Assembly: GCA_964596355.1 (NCBI GenBank)
Contig: CAZQTD010000001.1
Location: forward strand, 4,446 to 68,445
Length of the DNA: 64,000 nt
Direction: 5' to 3'
Source of the DNA: an uncultured Gammaproteobacteria bacterium
GTDB taxonomy: Bacteria; Patescibacteriota; Microgenomatia; UBA10105; UBA927
Positions within the stretch are counted from its first letter, which is position 1. The number at the start of each line of letters is the position of its first letter. Shown here one piece after another: positions 8,268 through 17,871 of the stretch. The notes under the pieces are model-generated. The model saw only the letters and a program-made list of their open reading frames with translations, ran no database searches and was not told where the DNA came from. Made by a program: the position numbers and the translations under genes.

Positions 8268-9785
8268 ATGGACCGATTTTTTCGGATTCTTGGTATTTTA
8301 ACGCTCCTTTTCCTTTCTGTCGCGCTACCGGTATCCCGCGCCAACGCAGCAGTCCCGTGGGTCTATGACAGTATGCCCGACTGCATGGATTCAGTCGAGG
8401 GCGGCAAAACCGCGTTTTGCGGCAGCGTGGGCGAACACAACGCCGCGTGGGCCATGTACATGCTTAGAGACATGGTCGGCGCTGTCAAAGGCAAAACCAC
8501 AAACTCCGACAATGCCGCATACATCCAGGAACTCAACCGCAACTCCGCGCTCGGCGGCATGGTGAACATTGGTCTTGCCATGTATTCCAACCCGCCCGCC
8601 AACTTGGCGCTGTGGGTAGACGATACCGCCCAAAGCCTGGGGTTTAAACCCAAATCCGTCTATGCCCAGGGCATCGGATTTTCCGGACTCTCCGGGCTTC
8701 TTCCTTTATGGAAAGCGTTCCGCAACATCGCCTATCTTCTCCTTGCCATCGCTTTGATTGTCATCGGATTTATGGTGATGTTAAGAAAAAAAATAGATCC
8801 CAAAACCGTTGTCACCGTCCAGAACGCACTTCCCAAAATCGTCATGACGCTGATACTCATCACATTTTCCTATGCCATCGTAGGGCTCATGATCGATCTT
8901 ATGTACCTTATTATCCTCATTGTTGCCACTGTTCTCGTATCGGCAAGCGGCGGCATTTTGCCACCGGACACAGCGAAAATAATTATCGCAAACGGCGGCC
9001 AGCAGCTCTGGCGCTGGGTCTTCGGCAACGGATTCCGCGCGCTTGATGATGTATTGACGTTTCTTAATCCTCAATCAGCATGGGCACAGGGGTTTGGAGA
9101 AAACTGGCTTCAGGGTATACCAATCGTCACGACGTTTGTCCAAACATTGCTGGGCTTTGTGGAGGGGATACTTTTAACCGTCGTATTTGCCGTGCTTTTT
9201 ATCATCGCCTTTTTCCGCATCCTCGCCATGCTTGTTGCCGCGTATATTCAGATTATCCTGCACGTCATTTTTGCCCCGCTGTTTATCCTTCTTGATGTAT
9301 TTCCCGGGAGCGAGGGATTTTCTAATTGGCTTAGGAACGTTGCGGCAAACATTCTGGTTTTTCCTGTTACTGCCGCGCTTTTCATGATCATCATGATCTT
9401 AAACGCCGCAACAGTTGCAACCGCAGGGGGGCAAAATATTAGGATCAATTTGGAGGCGTTCTTACCGGGGGGTGAAGCCAATATCCGCACGCCCCTTTGG
9501 TCTCCGCCCATCTTGTTCCCCGGCGGGCTCTACGGCGCAACCGGCGTCATCGGCTTGGGGATGCTCCTTGCGATCCCCAAAATCGTCGGAAGTCTCAAAG
9601 AGGCACTAAAAGCAAAACCAGTAATGCAGGCGTTTGGCGGAGGAGTTGGGGAGTCTCTCGGCACCGTATCTCAACTTCTTTCTATTGCATTCTATGTACG
9701 CCAGCTTTTAGGTAAAAAAGTTGCAGAACAGTTGGTACCAAAACAATCCGGGGGTGGGTCTGGTCATGCACCTGGCTCGGCATGA
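8268..9785 (+). CDS. VirB6/TrbL-like polytopic membrane protein
   Basis: 505 aa. Signal peptide, then a ~110-aa exported segment, then at least 5 long hydrophobic helices. Lies directly after the pilin array. Confidence 0.45.
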   Translation: MDRFFRILGILTLLFLSVALPVSRANAAVPWVYDSMPDCMDSVEGGKTAFCGSVGEHNAAWAMYMLRDMVGAVKGKTTNSDNAAYIQELNRNSALGGMVNIGLAMYSNPPANLALWVDDTAQSLGFKPKSVYAQGIGFSGLSGLLPLWKAFRNIAYLLLAIALIVIGFMVMLRKKIDPKTVVTVQNALPKIVMTLILITFSYAIVGLMIDLMYLIILIVATVLVSASGGILPPDTAKIIIANGGQQLWRWVFGNGFRALDDVLTFLNPQSAWAQGFGENWLQGIPIVTTFVQTLLGFVEGILLTVVFAVLFIIAFFRILAMLVAAYIQIILHVIFAPLFILLDVFPGSEGFSNWLRNVAANILVFPVTAALFMIIMILNAATVATAGGQNIRINLEAFLPGGEANIRTPLWSPPILFPGGLYGATGVIGLGMLLAIPKIVGSLKEALKAKPVMQAFGGGVGESLGTVSQLLSIAFYVRQLLGKKVAEQLVPKQSGGGSGHAPGSA

Positions 9786-9793
9786 GAAATAGT

Positions 9794-12700
9794 TTAGTGG
9801 TGACCACCGCCACTAGAGGATCCTGTAAGTTCTTCTTCTGCACCTTTACCTGCTTGAAAAGCAATGAGCAATCCCGCAAGCGCAATCCATAATCGTACTC
9901 GATATAAGTAGAGTGGAATTTTTATATGAATCGCATCGCCACCAAGCTTAGGATCGAGATAAATACCCAACCACTGCTCAATTTTATGGGCTGTGTGCGG
10001 CGCAACTAAGGATAATTTTCCGCCAAGCGCCAAACCGTTCTCTTCAATAAAATGCTCCAGTTCGTTAAGCTCAAGCGCATTGGCGTTGGGGCCAAAAATG
10101 CGTTTTGCGCCAGATACATTTGGCGCCTCGCCCAAAAATAAAAGGTCCGCAAGCCAATCTGCCTTCATTGTCTTTCCATAACCAGCGATCAGATATAATG
10201 GGCCCCTGGCGGCCCAAGGATAGACACCGTATACAGAGGATATTGCATTATCAATCGCCTTGATGGCTTTAATAAACTCCTGTTCGTTGGGAGTAAGTGC
10301 ATTTCTCACCTCTTGATATGCGCCCAGGCCGGTCGCATTGTCTCCCCATGTGCGAACGAGTGAATCTGCCTGTGTTTTCCCATGATGCGAAAATTTTGTC
10401 CACGGATCCTTCATTTCTTCAAAATATGCATCATCTATCCATCGTACCCTTCGGTAAATCTTGTGATACATGGGTCGCGCAAGTTCTTCGATGTGCCTAC
10501 CAACGTGTTGTGACATTTTATTTACTAAACTCAAGTAATCATCCGTGTCACCGCCCAAAATATTTAAGACCTGTTTCACCACATCGCGCTGATCACCACT
10601 GATACTTGCTAAATCGCTGTATTTAATTGCATTAAGCCCTCTTTCGACAAGTTTATCGTTTATGGCAATAAGCCTGCGATCAATCTCTCTATACAACTCA
10701 TGGTGATGTGTTACCGCAGTACCAAAGGCTGCTCGGTAACCTCCAATCTCACGAGCCACCCAGTCTATTGTTGGCTTGTGTTTACCATCTGCGTACAAAA
10801 ATTGCGTGAGTTCTTGCGGTCGGTAGTCTGCTACTTCTTGCAATGCAGGAATTAAATCATGTTCAATAATATGTTTTACATCATGATGGTTTTCTTCACC
10901 TAACATGTTACTCCCTGCAATTCTGAGTTTAAAACCTAAACCCCTTCCTTTTATACGAGGGTCATCTGGATTATATGGGCTATCGACGTCACCAAATCGT
11001 TCCCACAGCGCTTCATAGATGAATGTTGGAGAAATATAACCACTTGAGTAAAAATCATAGATTGTCATAAGATTTGCCACATAATCTTCACCAGCATTTA
11101 CCAGAAGCCGGTCTTCTACCTGATCTTTGGTAACATCCTCAAGCCTTCTTGGCATTCGATCAAATGGGCCTTTATTTCTTCTCCCATGTTCATCAAATTG
11201 CAATTCTTCTTGTATCTTTCTTCTTATAACATGCTCGCTGTCACCCTGTTGAATATGAAATGCTTCCTTTTTCAGCTCAACTTGACGAACAGGGTCACCC
11301 CACGCCTCATCGAGGCGTCGTTTGACATCTGCCTCAAGCCCGTGCGTAAATGCAGCGGCACGACAGGCATTTTCCCACATTGCCTTTTGACCCGGTTTGA
11401 GAAGTTTCCACTTGCGCAAAAACCACCGTAAATCCCATCCAAATAGGTAAAACTCTGCAGTAGATGCGGTTTTATATTGCTCATACCCCCCCACTTGATA
11501 AGGGGTAAGGCCTTGTTCAGTAGCAACGATGTCTTGTTGAGTAATTGTGTGGAGAAATTGTGCCGTACGCGCAACTGCACGAATGTCATCTTTAGTAATA
11601 TCTCTACCAAACGCTTTATGCCATCGATCGTTGTATAATAACATATCTTGCTCTAAATCTTTCACAACCTCGTCATGAATCTTGTTAACAACCTCAGCTG
11701 AGTAATAAGCTAGATCTCCATCTTTATCAAAGCGATGTCTCCGATATACCTGCGCATAATGACGATACGCCACTCCTACCATACCAGCATTTTCACGCAT
11801 GACAAAGTCCAGGCCCTTGGTACCAAAACTCATTAATCGTTGCTGCACCTTGGCCGCATCTGCTAACGTGCGGATCATGCCGAATCCTGCCATCGCTCCC
11901 GTACGATAAGTAACTTTATTGGAAAGATATTGCGCCTTAGCAATGGTTTTCCTGCAATAATCTTGTGCCGCACGGTTACGCAACTTATTAATTTCGTCCT
12001 CAAGATCAGTAGATGCCATCAAACTATTTTTCTCATCTTGATTTATTAGGTCATTATGCAATAAATTATCCAACACATCTTCCTTATACTGATCGCTGGC
12101 GATGTACCCAGTGAGTAGAGTTAATCGCTGTTCCATTGATCGTGATATGCCAGTTTCTGGGAAAAAATCAGAACTTGATTCAAGTGTTCTTAAATACAAT
12201 TCGATAATTCTTTCAGGGTCTGTTCTGGCAGTCATCCCTTCCTTGATTGTAAGAATAATGCTGCTAAACTGTTCTCGGGTGGGTTCGGTTTTTTTTAACC
12301 TAGCTCTTGCTCGATCAATATAAAATTGAAATTCGTCGATGTTTTCTGCATTTCCAGGTTGACCTGCCGCATTCCTCAACATTCTTATTGCTTCATCCCA
12401 AAACGTCGGATCGGCATCTGCGAGTGGATCTGCAGTAAGTCTTTGTTGAATCTCAAGTATCTCAGGAATATTTCCCTTATAAAACAGCGGTGATGTATCA
12501 GAGGAAACGAAACTCTGTCTCATTTCGGGTAGCAATGTTATATTTAGTGTCCAATCATTCATATCAAAATCAGTGTGCGCGGCTTGCATTTCGCCGATAT
12601 GATTGCGGATGGCATGAAGTACTGCGTGCGCCTCGCGAAATGCCCTCTGTGTCAGTTTCGATGATTTCCCCTGAGTTGTCAAACTAAACTGCGCTGCCTT

Positions 12701-13243
12701 CATCCATAAAAATCGTGGGTCATTGAGCGCTTCCGGTCCTGCTTTTGCAAGAGATGCCAAAAATGAGGCTGCATCATCGTTATCTACCAACTCCGCTGCT
12801 GCGGTTTGTAGCCATGCGTGCTCTTTGACTACGCCTGCGGTCGCTTTTTTAATGACCGCTCGCGCAACCTCTATAGAAACGTGCTCCGGCAGCGGCATCT
12901 GCTGAAGCTGTTTTTCAACGTCAACGAGATTATTGGGGTTTCTCATTTTTTCAGCAAGTTCTTTAGCCACTTGCCTCTGCACGTCAACAGGTTTCTCTTC
13001 TAGCGCTTGCCTCTCTGGTTTGGCTGCTTCCCCCCCTGGGGGATACTGTCCTCCTCGCATTTCACTCCCAGGCGGCCTTCTGCGCACAACACGCATTCCT
13101 CCTCTAGCAATGGATATTCCTTCTAATATAGTGCCTATAACACCAAGTGGATTTATTTTGTCTTTTCTAAGTGGATTTATTTTGTCTTTTCTTTCTACCA
13201 TATGCGACACTGTTATTGTACTAAAAGCACTTAAAAAAACCAA
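9794..13243 (-). CDS. large hypothetical protein (up to 1149 aa), C-terminal membrane anchor; start uncertain
   Basis: Long uninterrupted ORF. C-terminus ...LWIALAGLLIAFQAGKGAEEELTGSSSGGGHH has a single TM. A 24-bp tandem duplication in the 5' region encodes DKINPLRK twice. No recognisable catalytic motif. Confidence 0.5.
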   Translation of the reverse strand: MVFLSAFSTITVSHMVERKDKINPLRKDKINPLGVIGTILEGISIARGGMRVVRRRPPGSEMRGGQYPPGGEAAKPERQALEEKPVDVQRQVAKELAEKMRNPNNLVDVEKQLQQMPLPEHVSIEVARAVIKKATAGVVKEHAWLQTAAAELVDNDDAASFLASLAKAGPEALNDPRFLWMKAAQFSLTTQGKSSKLTQRAFREAHAVLHAIRNHIGEMQAAHTDFDMNDWTLNITLLPEMRQSFVSSDTSPLFYKGNIPEILEIQQRLTADPLADADPTFWDEAIRMLRNAAGQPGNAENIDEFQFYIDRARARLKKTEPTREQFSSIILTIKEGMTARTDPERIIELYLRTLESSSDFFPETGISRSMEQRLTLLTGYIASDQYKEDVLDNLLHNDLINQDEKNSLMASTDLEDEINKLRNRAAQDYCRKTIAKAQYLSNKVTYRTGAMAGFGMIRTLADAAKVQQRLMSFGTKGLDFVMRENAGMVGVAYRHYAQVYRRHRFDKDGDLAYYSAEVVNKIHDEVVKDLEQDMLLYNDRWHKAFGRDITKDDIRAVARTAQFLHTITQQDIVATEQGLTPYQVGGYEQYKTASTAEFYLFGWDLRWFLRKWKLLKPGQKAMWENACRAAAFTHGLEADVKRRLDEAWGDPVRQVELKKEAFHIQQGDSEHVIRRKIQEELQFDEHGRRNKGPFDRMPRRLEDVTKDQVEDRLLVNAGEDYVANLMTIYDFYSSGYISPTFIYEALWERFGDVDSPYNPDDPRIKGRGLGFKLRIAGSNMLGEENHHDVKHIIEHDLIPALQEVADYRPQELTQFLYADGKHKPTIDWVAREIGGYRAAFGTAVTHHHELYREIDRRLIAINDKLVERGLNAIKYSDLASISGDQRDVVKQVLNILGGDTDDYLSLVNKMSQHVGRHIEELARPMYHKIYRRVRWIDDAYFEEMKDPWTKFSHHGKTQADSLVRTWGDNATGLGAYQEVRNALTPNEQEFIKAIKAIDNAISSVYGVYPWAARGPLYLIAGYGKTMKADWLADLLFLGEAPNVSGAKRIFGPNANALELNELEHFIEENGLALGGKLSLVAPHTAHKIEQWLGIYLDPKLGGDAIHIKIPLYLYRVRLWIALAGLLIAFQAGKGAEEELTGSSSGGGHH
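13146..13193. repeat. 24-bp tandem direct repeat (aagtggatttattttgtcttttct, 2 copies) in the 5' end of the large ORF
   Basis: Read directly in the sequence. Confidence 0.7.
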
Positions 13244-13470
13244 TCAGAGAACAAGACGGTGGCGCAAGGAGGGCGCCCTGCCGCGTTTGCCTCACTCATA
13301 TCAACGCATCTCGTGATGTGCCCTTCACAACCAGTATTTCCACCCGTTCACCTCGCCCAACGTTTAACTAGAGAGGCCGCGCTCACAATCTTGCCAAAGC
13401 CAAACACGTGCATATCTGTTCATATCTGATGATATCAGATCGTTTGTCACCGTGTACCACCCGATTGCGT

Positions 13471-13510
13471 TCTTGATTTTTTACAGCTTAAGCAGTAATT
13501 TTTCAAGAAG
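13471..13510. repeat. copy 1 of the ~40-bp repeat tcttgatttttt-ca-gcttaagcagtaattt-tcaagaag
   Basis: Direct comparison with 13704-13742 and 14455-14494. Confidence 0.7.
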
Positions 13511-13703
13511 CTACCCTCGTGTTCCCGGATACTTGCATATCGCGCTTCCTGCGCTCGGCGTCGCCTGCGCTTCCGCCTCGCGCCAGTTCCGTCTTTTCTA
13601 CGAAGCATTTCCATAAAAAATCACAGCCGCAAACAATCGCCGTAACAATTCAACCCATATCAATCCTGCAAACTTTTGCATATGCAAAAGCTGGCAACTT
13701 GTT

Positions 13704-13742
13704 TCTTGATTTTTTCATGCTTAAGCAGTAATTTATCAAAAG
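13704..13742. repeat. copy 2 of the ~40-bp repeat, 11 bp upstream of the PaaX-like gene
   Basis: tcttgattttttcatgcttaagcagtaatttatcaaaag. Confidence 0.7.
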
Positions 13743-13752
13743 AAACCAATTC

Positions 13753-14460
13753 ATGAAACATACGATGAAATCGGTAACGGGGCGGCGGCCAAAACAGGCA
13801 CACGACAAGCCGTCTATTCTTCAAGACCTTCCTTCAGATGACGCTATTGCTACAATCAGCGCGCTTCTTGTTAAACAATCGCAGCGGAAGGCGCGGGAAC
13901 AAACGTATGCCCGGGCTAAAGACGTTTTGTCGCTTCTGGGCACAGGCGTTGCGCTTTCTGCTGCCATTCTCGCGCCTGGTTCGGCGCGGGTCATCAAGCC
14001 GCTACTAGAGTCATCGCGAGATTGGGACGAGTGGAAGCATTTCAATATTTCCTATCTTCAACGCACGCTTCGACAGTTAAACAAGCAAAAAGATGTAGAA
14101 ATTTCCGTACAAAACGGCGAGCAAGTCATTACACTCACTAAAAACGGCAAACGCAGAATTCTCAAGTACAATATCGATCAGCTGACCATTGATAAACCCA
14201 AAACGTGGGATGGGAAATGGCGGCTCGTTCTTTATGACGTCCCCGTTTGCAAAAAACAGCTGGGCGATCTTATTCGACAATCGTTAAAAATGCTCGGGTT
14301 TTATCCCATACAGGACAGCGTCTATCTCCACCCGTATCCGTGTTTTGATCAAATAGAATTTTTGCGCGAGTATTACTTTTTAGGCGACACGGTCCAATAT
14401 ATGCTTGTTGACTATATAGAGCGCGACGACGCCTTTAAAACCTTCTTCAACCTCTCTTGA
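13753..14460 (+). CDS. PaaX-like family regulator (wHTH + PaaX middle-domain-like WDGKWRLV..YDVP motif)
   Basis: 235 aa. WDGKWRLVLYDVPVCKKQLGDLIRQSLKMLGFYPIQDSVYLHP resembles the PaaX signature (DGRWHLV.F.IPE..R..RD.LR..L.W.GFG.L.PG.W.SP). An N-terminal hydrophobic stretch is present. Confidence 0.45.
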   Translation: MKHTMKSVTGRRPKQAHDKPSILQDLPSDDAIATISALLVKQSQRKAREQTYARAKDVLSLLGTGVALSAAILAPGSARVIKPLLESSRDWDEWKHFNISYLQRTLRQLNKQKDVEISVQNGEQVITLTKNGKRRILKYNIDQLTIDKPKTWDGKWRLVLYDVPVCKKQLGDLIRQSLKMLGFYPIQDSVYLHPYPCFDQIEFLREYYFLGDTVQYMLVDYIERDDAFKTFFNLS

Positions 14461-14494
14461 TTTTTTCATGCTTAAGCATGAAAAAATCAAGAAG
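14455..14494. promoter_or_regulatory. copy 3 of the repeat, here a perfect palindrome (gattttttcatgc-ttaa-gcatgaaaaaatc) overlapping the PaaX-like stop codon
   Basis: 13-bp arms with a 4-nt centre. No T-run follows, so it is not a canonical intrinsic terminator. Candidate protein-binding site or element end. Confidence 0.5.
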
Positions 14495-14628
14495 CATGTC
14501 CCAATCCTTTATTGTCTCCCAAATCCTCTATTATCTCTCGTATTATCTATCGTATAATCGTGTTATCTGTCGCATTGTCTATCACTGCGTGATACGAACT
14601 TTGCGGATTCTTTAGAAGACCAGCGGAC

Positions 14629-15183
14629 TTACGTGTAGAGGCCGTGGACTTTGATATACTCCCCCACCCCCAGGGGAACGAAAAGGTCAATGGGGAGTCC
14701 GGCTTTTACCCGCTCTCTCACTTTGGTCGATGAGATGTTGCTGCCAACGAGAAGTTCGTGGCTTAATACCTTCATGTTTTGGTACAGCGGCTCGTTGGGA
14801 TACCCATAGCGCGGAAACACGAGAAACGGCATGGCATCAAGAAGCTCCTCCCATTTAAGCCACAGGTGAAATGTCGGCAGCTGGTCAGACCCGATGACAA
14901 ACGTATAGCTGTGTTCTTTCGGAAGAAGCGGCAGGAGGTGGATCGTTTCGCCATCCAGCTTATTGTCGATCTCGATGGTGGACACCTGCGCTTTAGGCAA
15001 TACCAGCATCTTCGTCATCGCAAGCCGGTCCTCTGCCGGAGCCACGGGCTTGGGCGGGCTCTGGCCGTAGCTTGGCACAAACCACAGCTCATCCGCATCA
15101 GTGAAATCCAATACCTGCCGGGCAATCAAAAGGTGTCCGATGTGCGGCGGGTTAAACGAACCGCCCAAAAGTGCTACTTTCAT
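14629..15183 (-). CDS. nadD: nicotinate-nucleotide adenylyltransferase
   Basis: 184 aa with the GGSFNPPHIGHL nucleotidyltransferase motif. Confidence 0.85.
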   Translation of the reverse strand: MKVALLGGSFNPPHIGHLLIARQVLDFTDADELWFVPSYGQSPPKPVAPAEDRLAMTKMLVLPKAQVSTIEIDNKLDGETIHLLPLLPKEHSYTFVIGSDQLPTFHLWLKWEELLDAMPFLVFPRYGYPNEPLYQNMKVLSHELLVGSNISSTKVRERVKAGLPIDLFVPLGVGEYIKVHGLYT

Positions 15184-15223
15184 ATAATAAGCAATAAACG
15201 AATAAACAATAAGAAATAAGCAA
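15184..15223. repeat. left flank of the 4-helix-bundle cassette: aataagcaa (reverse complement of ttgcttatt) motifs
   Basis: ataataagcaataaacgaataaacaataagaaataagcaatta; inverted relative to the right flank. Confidence 0.5.
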
Positions 15224-15583
15224 TTATTTCTTCTTTTTTGTGTTTAAGATAATAACAGTAATTATCCTCATTATCTGATCCCCTTCTAAAATTAACTCTC
15301 GAATTTCTTCACCTATTTTAGGATTACAATCACCCAATAAGCGCAGCCAGTAGAGCGATTCCTTCATTTCTTTACGCGCTATTGTGTAACAATGAATGAA
15401 ATCGGATCGAGTAAATGACCCATCCGCTTCCTGATCGTTTGCCTTAACAGAGGTTATAGATCGAATAAGCTGTCCTACTACAACATCGTTCTCATACGAT
15501 CTCGGAATTTTCTTTAAAATTTGTAACACGCGAAAAATGTATTGATAGATTCTTTCATGGATGTCTTGATTTTTCTTTTCCAT
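15224..15583 (-). CDS. four-helix-bundle protein (23S rRNA intervening-sequence protein family)
   Basis: 119 aa. Similar to PF05635-type proteins (...GQLIRSITSVKANDQEA...ESLYWLRLLGD...). The gene is about 33% GC, against about 55% in its neighbours. Confidence 0.5.
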   Translation of the reverse strand: MEKKNQDIHERIYQYIFRVLQILKKIPRSYENDVVVGQLIRSITSVKANDQEADGSFTRSDFIHCYTIARKEMKESLYWLRLLGDCNPKIGEEIRELILEGDQIMRIITVIILNTKKKK

Positions 15584-15620
15584 TGCTTATTGCTTATTTC
15601 TCATTGCTTATTGCTTATTC
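15582..15620. repeat. right flank: two direct copies of attgcttattgcttatt, the second overlapping the last codons of the VirD4-like gene
   Basis: cattgcttattgcttatttctcattgcttattgcttattc. Confidence 0.5.
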
Positions 15621-17790
15621 TCTTGGCGTATCTCTCGCGGCTTACGCGCACCACTTTGTCGCGATTCTGATTCTTGCTTCGCGGGAGCGGCAACGTTGTT
15701 GCTGAAAACGGCAGGCTCGTGTGGTTGTCAATTGAAAGCTTCAATACCACCTGATAGTTGCCGAGCGCGACGAGCTCTTCTTCTTTGTATTTAAGCCCGA
15801 ATTCTTTGGCTAAAATCCGCGCGTCAGAAGCTCCCACGCTAAACGCAACGATCGATCCGGCGTTGCCAAAAATGGCTTTTTGCACGTCTTCGTCAATTTG
15901 CCCGATATACTGGTTCGCAAGCGTTAGGTTGAGCCGGTATTTCCTCGCCTCCGAAAGAATTTTTATGAAGGATGTCGTTGCAAAGTTTTGAAACTCGTCA
16001 ACGTAGAGGTAAAAATCCCGCCGCTTCTCTTCCGGCACATAGACGCGGTTCATCGCGGCAAGCTGCAGCTTGGTGATGATCATTGCGCCCAGTAGCGCGC
16101 TATTGTCTTCTCCGAGCTTGCCTTGGGAAAGGTTTATTAGGACGATTTTTCCCTCGTTCATCATTTTTTCCAGATCAATCGTTGAGGTGGGGCTTCCGAC
16201 AATGTTGCGGATTGTCTGGGAGGATAAAAACTGGCCGACCTTGTTTAATATCGGCGACACGGCTTCGCTTCGAAACTGCGGCGACATTTTGGCAAACTCA
16301 TTGAGCCAAAAATTTTTAAGTACCTGGTCCAAAAGCTTCTCTGTGACTTTGGCTCGATAGTTTTCATTGGTTAAAAGCTCCGGCACCTGAAGGAGAGTGG
16401 ATTGCGGCACATGGAGGAGGGTAAGAATTGTGTTTCGCAGGATATACTCTAGTCTGGGGCCCCAGCTTAGGTGGTAGAGCTTGTGGAAAATAGACACAAT
16501 GCCGGAGGACACGAGCTCTCGGTACGCTGCATTTTTTACTTCCAAGGGGTTGAGGCGAAACGGGTGATCGATGTCCGCAGGATCCAGGTACGCAACATCG
16601 TTTATCCGATAGGACGGCACGTAGTCAAGAAGGATGTCCGATAGGTCTCCATGAGGATCGATGACGGCAACGCCTTCGCCGTTTTTCATGTCGTTGATTG
16701 CCATATTGGCGATCATTGTGGATTTGCCGGTGCCTGTTTTTCCAATGATATACAGGTGTTTGCGACGGTCGTCTCTTTTGATGCCGAACGTCGCGATTGT
16801 GTTTTTAAATTCCGTGCGGCCAAAAAAGTTTATGCGCTTCTTTTCGCCTTCATCATCAGATGAAACAGGCAAATTTTCCGGGGCTTCGCCGGTTAATTGC
16901 GCTCCCCAGGAAATGTTTTTGATCATAGAAAGCGTAAGTCCCGGCGGATGCCACAGAGACGCGAGTTCCGATGCGGTCAAAATCTGAAATCTGGGGGCAC
17001 TGTCGCCGTTTCGTTCAACAAACCCCCGCTCAAGCCTCTTTCTCTGCCAGAAGGCAGGCTCGCTCACTGCCAAGCTGTTGCCTTCACCCATGGTGTAGAC
17101 GCCAAACGTCCCGCCGATCGAATGCAAGAGTTCTTTGGCTCGCTTTTCCGAAGACGCTACCGTCAATACTCTCATCGCCACGCAAAAGCCAATCGTATTA
17201 ATCTTGCCTTCAATAATCCTGGCATGAGGGTGCGCCTTCGTTCTGCCGGTCGTCGAATTTGGATCCGGCACCCCCCGGGCGATTACTGCCGCAGCCTTGT
17301 GTTGCCATCCGACCCCCGCGGGAGTTACGCGAATTTGTACGGCCGAGGCTTCGCTCATCGGAAGCTTGGCCATGTGCCCCAACACGCTTGCCATCATGTC
17401 GAGTTCGCCGACATCTTTGTATGTTTTGAGCGGGTAGTAGTACGAGTTGGTTATTGTTAATTGCGCGAGTGCGTGCGGAAGCGACAAAAAGTGCGGCGCA
17501 TAGTCTGGTGCGGGCACCAAAAGCACTTTGGGGTACTGCGCAGTTATCTGACTTTCGACGTAGCGTTGCAGGTGGGCCGGAACCCCAAGAAAAAAATGAA
17601 TCCGCGTGTTGACAGCCACAATTTCAAAACTAAAATATCGTGGTGCGTGGCGGCCGCCAAACAAAAGTGATAATAATCCCCTGTGTCCTCCGCCGGCGCC
17701 GAGCGCGGCAAACATTTGCTCCATTGCTTCCGGCGTTTCTTCACTTTCGCGGGAGTTTTTGACCTCCATAAGAACAAGCGGGGATTCCAT
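15601..17790 (-). CDS. VirD4/TraG/TraD-like type IV coupling ATPase (no N-terminal TM segments)
   Basis: 729 aa. Walker A IIGKTGTGKST, Walker B YLYVDEFQNF, followed by an LTLANQYIGQID-like region. Confidence 0.55.
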   Translation of the reverse strand: MESPLVLMEVKNSRESEETPEAMEQMFAALGAGGGHRGLLSLLFGGRHAPRYFSFEIVAVNTRIHFFLGVPAHLQRYVESQITAQYPKVLLVPAPDYAPHFLSLPHALAQLTITNSYYYPLKTYKDVGELDMMASVLGHMAKLPMSEASAVQIRVTPAGVGWQHKAAAVIARGVPDPNSTTGRTKAHPHARIIEGKINTIGFCVAMRVLTVASSEKRAKELLHSIGGTFGVYTMGEGNSLAVSEPAFWQRKRLERGFVERNGDSAPRFQILTASELASLWHPPGLTLSMIKNISWGAQLTGEAPENLPVSSDDEGEKKRINFFGRTEFKNTIATFGIKRDDRRKHLYIIGKTGTGKSTMIANMAINDMKNGEGVAVIDPHGDLSDILLDYVPSYRINDVAYLDPADIDHPFRLNPLEVKNAAYRELVSSGIVSIFHKLYHLSWGPRLEYILRNTILTLLHVPQSTLLQVPELLTNENYRAKVTEKLLDQVLKNFWLNEFAKMSPQFRSEAVSPILNKVGQFLSSQTIRNIVGSPTSTIDLEKMMNEGKIVLINLSQGKLGEDNSALLGAMIITKLQLAAMNRVYVPEEKRRDFYLYVDEFQNFATTSFIKILSEARKYRLNLTLANQYIGQIDEDVQKAIFGNAGSIVAFSVGASDARILAKEFGLKYKEEELVALGNYQVVLKLSIDNHTSLPFSATTLPLPRSKNQNRDKVVRVSRERYAKRISNKQ

Positions 17791-17844
17791 GAACTTATCT
17801 TATCATAGGTACTCCAGTCGGCCTAACGCATCCAGCCGGTTCTC

Positions 17845-17871
17845 GTGAAAACTCAAAATTTGAGTTTTCAC
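17845..17871. promoter_or_regulatory. perfect palindrome gtgaaaactcaaa-a-tttgagttttcac in the divergent VirD4 / PrgI-operon intergenic region
   Basis: 13-bp arms with a 1-nt spacer, read directly. Candidate operator. Confidence 0.45.

Noticed and set aside
13519-13731. 70-aa ORF between the repeat copies upstream of the PaaX-like gene
   Set aside because: It runs through repeat copy 2 and the palindrome ttttgcatatgcaaaa, has no RBS and no motif, and is more likely regulatory DNA.
14455-14494. Reading the 13-bp-arm palindrome as a rho-independent terminator
   Set aside because: No U-tract follows the stem on either strand, and the same unit recurs upstream of the gene, so a protein-binding or element-end role is more likely.
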